A DNA stretch of 64,000 nt, taken from Anthoceros angustus (lineage: Eukaryota; Plantae; Anthocerotophyta). A program made the translations under genes and the position numbers. Positions 59,146-64,000 of this stretch are shown here, one piece after another. Position 1 is the stretch's first letter, and each line of letters opens with the position of its first letter. The stretch lies in contig MU008196.1 of NCBI GenBank assembly GCA_010909165.1, forward strand, positions 496,001 through 560,000, in the 5' to 3' direction. The notes beneath the pieces were generated by a model. The model did not search any database. It was not told the origin of the DNA and saw nothing but the letters and a program-made list of their open reading frames with translations.

Positions 59146-59859
59146 CCTCAGACACCTGCTTACTTAAAACTTTAGAGAGATTGCCATGCCTTGATCTCGC
59201 AGAAGCACGTGTATATGATGATGAACGCTGTGCGGGTTTACTACGAGAGACTCGTTCGAGACTTAGGGTTCGAGATTTTGTTACAGCTGAAGGGTGCGCC
59301 TTTCTCATGGCCAAAGAATTGGCTTGCACCTTCTTTGAACCACCGTCCCGTCGTCAACTCAGTGTAGAAGAGTAAAGTGAATTCCCTCACGTCTGCTTCA
59401 TGAGCATGCGGGAGTACGAAGCCAGTGTATGTACAGTCGGCCCCTCTGAGGTTGGTTCGCATGCTCACTCCACTTGCCCAAACAAATTGCCCAAAACCCA
59501 GTTTCCATGGCAAACGACGCATGCCTATCAGTACCCGAAGGCCATTAAGGCCTGCCACTCGCCGTACCGCAGGACCGTAGGTGCCCATGCCCTCCCTATT
59601 TCCATGCACATCAAATGTACATCATGTGACCATGCCCTAAGATGTACCGGCCGCGGGACCAAGAAGTCCCGTGGGACGGTGCCGGGTATCTGACTCAGCG
59701 GGTTACATAATCACGATTAGCCTGTCGAGTAAGAGATCCCGGGTTAGGAGCCAGCACCGAGTACTTTGCTGAGCAGAATTTTCAGATGTCGAGACTGTAA
59801 ACACAAAATTGTCACAGCTATTGCCCTTACAAAATTCTCACAGCTACTTTCGTGTGTAC

Positions 59860-60790
59860 TCAATTCTCTTGTTGAATCCCCTGTAACTTAAGATTCCAAG
59901 ATACAGTCTTTTTATTGCTTTTCCTCGGCCTCTCGTCAAATGACTTCAATCGTTTCAATGTGTTAGGTCCTTCGTTCTCTGAGAATGGTTGCAACGGCTT
60001 TCTTGTCTGGCCTTTTTCAAGGTGTTGACCTACCAACCTCCTCACCTGATGCATGGCTTGTTCCACAATAACAGCAACATCAAAAGCCAACTCTTTGTGC
60101 TCATAAGTAGCATCTGAGATCTCCTTGCATCCTGCAACAATTGTGCTCAACCGTATTTCTCTTGTAGCTTCAAACCTTGATTTGGGCACAGGGTCAACCA
60201 ATGGGCTATCTGGAAGAACAATACGTGGGTTGTTTTGGTCTTGTAACTGGAAGAGCGAGCCGGGTTTGTTGTCTCGCAAGGTCATATCATATACTCCATT
60301 TGTCCGAGAACTTTCCCGAGATCTAATAGTGCCATCTTCTGCACAAGAAGTTCTTCGAATAACATGCTTGCAGATGAAGGTCTTGAGACCCATGGGGCAC
60401 GTACATGTAGCCCACGGTGAAAAAGCATGGTCTATGACGTACCATTTTCCAGGCGAGCTAGTGGACAAGCACTGAGCAAGCACATGTTCAGAGTGTGGCA
60501 ATATGACTAAACTAATCGAAATACCTTCAGCACCTGCAAGTGCTGTCTCCTCTAACATCTCTTGCTTCTTGTTGCGAGTATAACCACTTTCCTTTGTGAA
60601 ATGTTGATACCAAAAATGTCGTGCAACAACGTTCACAAGCTGGTGGAGCGGCCAATCCATTCGACGACCTGCAAAACTGGACTTGAAACACATGCTCTCT
60701 CCTTCATGTATCTATGGAAGGCTTCAACACCGGAAGTGGTATTCTGCCCAGCATGTAGCAGCATCCTCGCATGGCAGAGCCACATGTCAA
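59860..60790 (-). pseudogene. MULE/Mutator-like transposase C-terminal part with SWIM zinc finger
   Basis: HAGQNTTSGVEAFH (catalytic E region), GRRMDW.L..L and SWIM CTCPMGLKTFICKH. Confidence 0.8.
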
Positions 60791-61857
60791 GATGAATGTA
60801 ATCGACACTCCAGCAATGGCTAGCGAAGAGTTAGTTAGTTCGTCTCTATATATACAGACTTCATTACATAAATAGCAAATATATGTATTTAGATATTATT
60901 TAGGTATTTAGAAATATGCAGGCTTACTTGTAGGCTAGGGCACCATTCGTGCAGGTGCCACCAGCTTCAGCCAAAACGGCTGAACCAGAAGCATGCAAGC
61001 TGGATCTGGAGTCTGAAACTTGATGGCCCTGAGCGCAAGAACCAATCACAAGGCGTGGAGGGCTGAGCAAGCTGGTACTGGGCGGCAGCAATGATATTGA
61101 GCATCGTGGAGCTAGAAACGCCCAAGAACTGCTAGCGTGTGCACCTTTGGATCGCTGAGGATTTAGGTTGGTGTGGCTAACAATTTCAGCAGTTTTCAGC
61201 AAATCCCTTAGGACGTGAGAGTGCTCTAGCTCGTGTGTGCAGCATCTGCTGCTGCTGTCTTGTTCCCCTTTGTGAAATCGCAAGCATGGAAGCACTCATG
61301 GAGGTGTATTTTGCAGCTGTGCGAGAATCTGACCATCTCTGCGTGTGTTGGGGACATGGCACGGGTCTGGGGAGGGACTTGCTGAGCTCGATATAGCTAG
61401 AAGGAGCACGGGCGCAAGAGGTTGCAGACTGAACCCTAAGTCTGCGGGAAACCCTCGTGAGTGTGGCGAACTTTGTTGTTCTTGCGGTATTGCTACGAAT
61501 GTTTTGCTTGTGTTTTACATGTGTCTCCTCTACGACTCATGGCAGGCTGAAGAATAGGGACTGCTAGGGCTCTGTGTGAAGGGGGCAAACTTCATTGTTT
61601 GCCACTAATTTTGGTGTGTCACAAGCAATGTTGCTTAGGTCACATGTTGCCATTAATTTTGTGTGTTTGGTGGGTTTCATTTGCTGAAAACTATTATAGA
61701 TCTTTGAGTGCTTGATGTAGCTGAGATCTTGTGTGGCAGTGTCATCATGATTCGGAGCCCACCTAACATTTCTTGTCTTGCTTGAATTTGTGACTTCTTG
61801 ACCTATGGTGTGATGTGCTTGACATGATGGGCACCTGGGCTATGAGAGCATGTCAGC

Positions 61858-64000
61858 TGGCGGTGGTCGGTCCCCTTATTTTCTAAGAAGCAGGGCCAAT
61901 AGCCGAGCTTGCACCAACTTCTGTGGGGTTACACTCGTGAGGGCAGGCTAGGGGCGTGGGCGATTGCATTCCCAAAGCCGCCACTTGAGTGTTGGTTGTG
62001 AGTCTCTCAAGGAGGAAACTGAAGGAGAAGAGGTCAAGGCCCTCCCAATAGCAGACTCCAGCGAAGACTCTGATTTTGATCCTGCCGTAGCTAAGCGGAT
62101 TGGGTCTTAGGACCATCTTTGGTGCCTCCTGCTGCTAGTCTCGTGAGCTTGGGGCACATGTGGTGGGACATGAGGCGGGACAGGCGCCCCCTCAATCACA
62201 CCTCGGGTGAATTTCAGATTTGGTCGGAGCTTGGGTGTGGTGGGACATCGAGGCGGGACAGGCGCCACTCAATCCGGCCTCGGGTGGGGCTGGAATTTCA
62301 GGTCAGGTTTGGGTGCCTACCACCCATGGTCATCCAATCCCTAGCATTGTGGTTGCAGCACCCATGGATGGGGAAGGCACATACACACGTGTGTCTCGGT
62401 TTAGCAGTGAACTGGAACAACGACTTTGAGGGATTTCAAGGTGTATTACGGGATATGGTCTCGAAATGCTTGAAGCATGGGAGCAATTTCACCATGCATT
62501 ATGCTTTTGAGCCGGGGCAGGTGGTGATGAGCGCTAGATGTCTTGAGGATACACTCGGCTGCTGCGCCATTTCCTCGCCTAACCCAGTGTTTGTGGCAGC
62601 CATAGCCAATGCTCAAGCCTCAGCGCTAAGCCGGCGATTCGGCCCATGCTACGATGGCCGGGGCAGGGGCCGACGCCAAGCAGCGGTGACCTTGGGCGCA
62701 ACCAGGCTAGCTGCGACCACATTAGTGTCCCAGCTACCTTGTCAACAGCTGCAGTCCCAGACCCAGTGGCTGCATTCTTTGCCATCACGGAGAAGGAGTT
62801 CCGAAAACCGCAAACAAAATCGGTCATTGATCAAGTTCGAACTGAAGGGAGAGCGATGCGAGATGATGTACTGCCGCATCCACAGCTCGGGAGGATACTA
62901 AGAGCATCACGGGTGAAACAGCTAAGTTTACAGGTGCCTAGAAATTTGAGCCATTCACTGCATTTCGAGATCTTGCGATCGATGTTAAACAAATTTGGAG
63001 ATACCCTCGATCAGTGTACTCGATGGCGAGAGAAATTGGGCGTGGCAAATGCTCACTATCTTGCCAGTTCGAGAGAAGGCCTATGGGCAATACAAGAACA
63101 ATGCAGAATTTTGAGGTGCTCATTCTGATAAAAGCGGTAGTGGGACAGCCAAGATTGCATCAATAAGCGGGGCGGCTGCAACTTTTCCTTTCTGAATCAC
63201 TATGCTCCAGTTGCAAGGTGCGTGGCACACTCCACTTGCGTCACTTGCAACAAGACTGGTCATGTGGCTTCAGTGTGCTTTGTGAGTCATCCAGAGAGGA
63301 AGAACATGAAGGTTCCCAGCAACTCTAAAGGATCTGACAATAGCAATGCCACAGCGGCTGCAATAGGAACGCTAGGGACGACAGCAGCCATTGCTAGTGT
63401 GAATGACAAAGTTCAACAACGCTGAGACAAGAACAAGCAAAGAGAAGGCGGCGGGTGACAGGAAAAATTAGCGTCAAAATTGGCTAAGGTGGCTGCAATG
63501 TCCACGAGGAGCTTTGAAAACCAAGTTGAATGCCATGGTGGGTGGGTCGGGACCTCGTTCGATGTGAGTGTGACACACGCTAGAAATTACAGGAGTAGCA
63601 TAGCCCACTGATTATGGGTTTCCATACCATGCATATCTTTGGAGCTTGGTCTCAAATCACAGGAATTCAAGCCATGCCATCGTACTGGTCATGAACCTAG
63701 TGGAATTGTTGGAGCCGAAGTTTCCAAAGATGTTGCTGCGATGGGGAAGAGTGACAAGGTCTTCAGCTCAGATGTTGAGCGACTCCCAAAGCAGGTGTCT
63801 GACCATGCCAAAATCATTTGTGCAACTCAATGCAGAGGAAATGGAAAATCAGCTTGCCGGACTCCTCATTCATCTCACTGAATTCTGGGGCCCAGTCAAG
63901 GATGCAGTCGATGCTGTTGGTGAAGGAGAGCCCCTGAGACTCTAGGTATCTCAGTAGGACTGGACAAGACTCAATGGCAATCACACCTGAACAGGTGAAG
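61858..64000 (+). mobile_element. Degenerate LTR-retrotransposon gag region
   Basis: Zinc knuckle CVTCNKTGHVASVC at ~63237-63278. Possible LTR end TGTCA plus TGGCG PBS-like start at ~61851-61865, with an LTR-like region upstream (~60800-61855). Confidence 0.5.

Overview
Eukaryotic, plant-lineage genomic DNA, probably a streptophyte alga or early-diverging plant (inferred, not proven). The window is mostly nested, partly degenerate transposons around three host genes: a multi-exon OSCA/CSC1 (ERD4-type) mechanosensitive channel (minus, ~12607-16547), a multi-exon DUF1640/FMP32-CCDC90-like gene (plus, 54982-56949) and an intronless TIM21-like mitochondrial protein gene (plus, 57683-58972). The most notable element is a minus-strand Ty3/Gypsy (22014-29899) whose pol encodes a DNMT3-like C5 cytosine methyltransferase domain between protease and reverse transcriptase. 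Also present: a structurally complete young chromovirus (30383-37263; 184-bp LTRs with TTAGGG motifs, TTCGT TSD, an extra 5' ORF); a Sola-like TIR family (30-bp TIR, 4-bp TSD; transposase-bearing, non-autonomous and diverged copies); two copies of a possibly giant ORF-bearing LTR, one broken by a precise 3-kb inversion; Copia, CACTA, CRE-LINE and MULE remnants; and several satellite arrays. Many 1-bp frameshifts and tandem duplications may be long-read consensus artefacts. All calls are by-eye motif recognition and no database searches were run.
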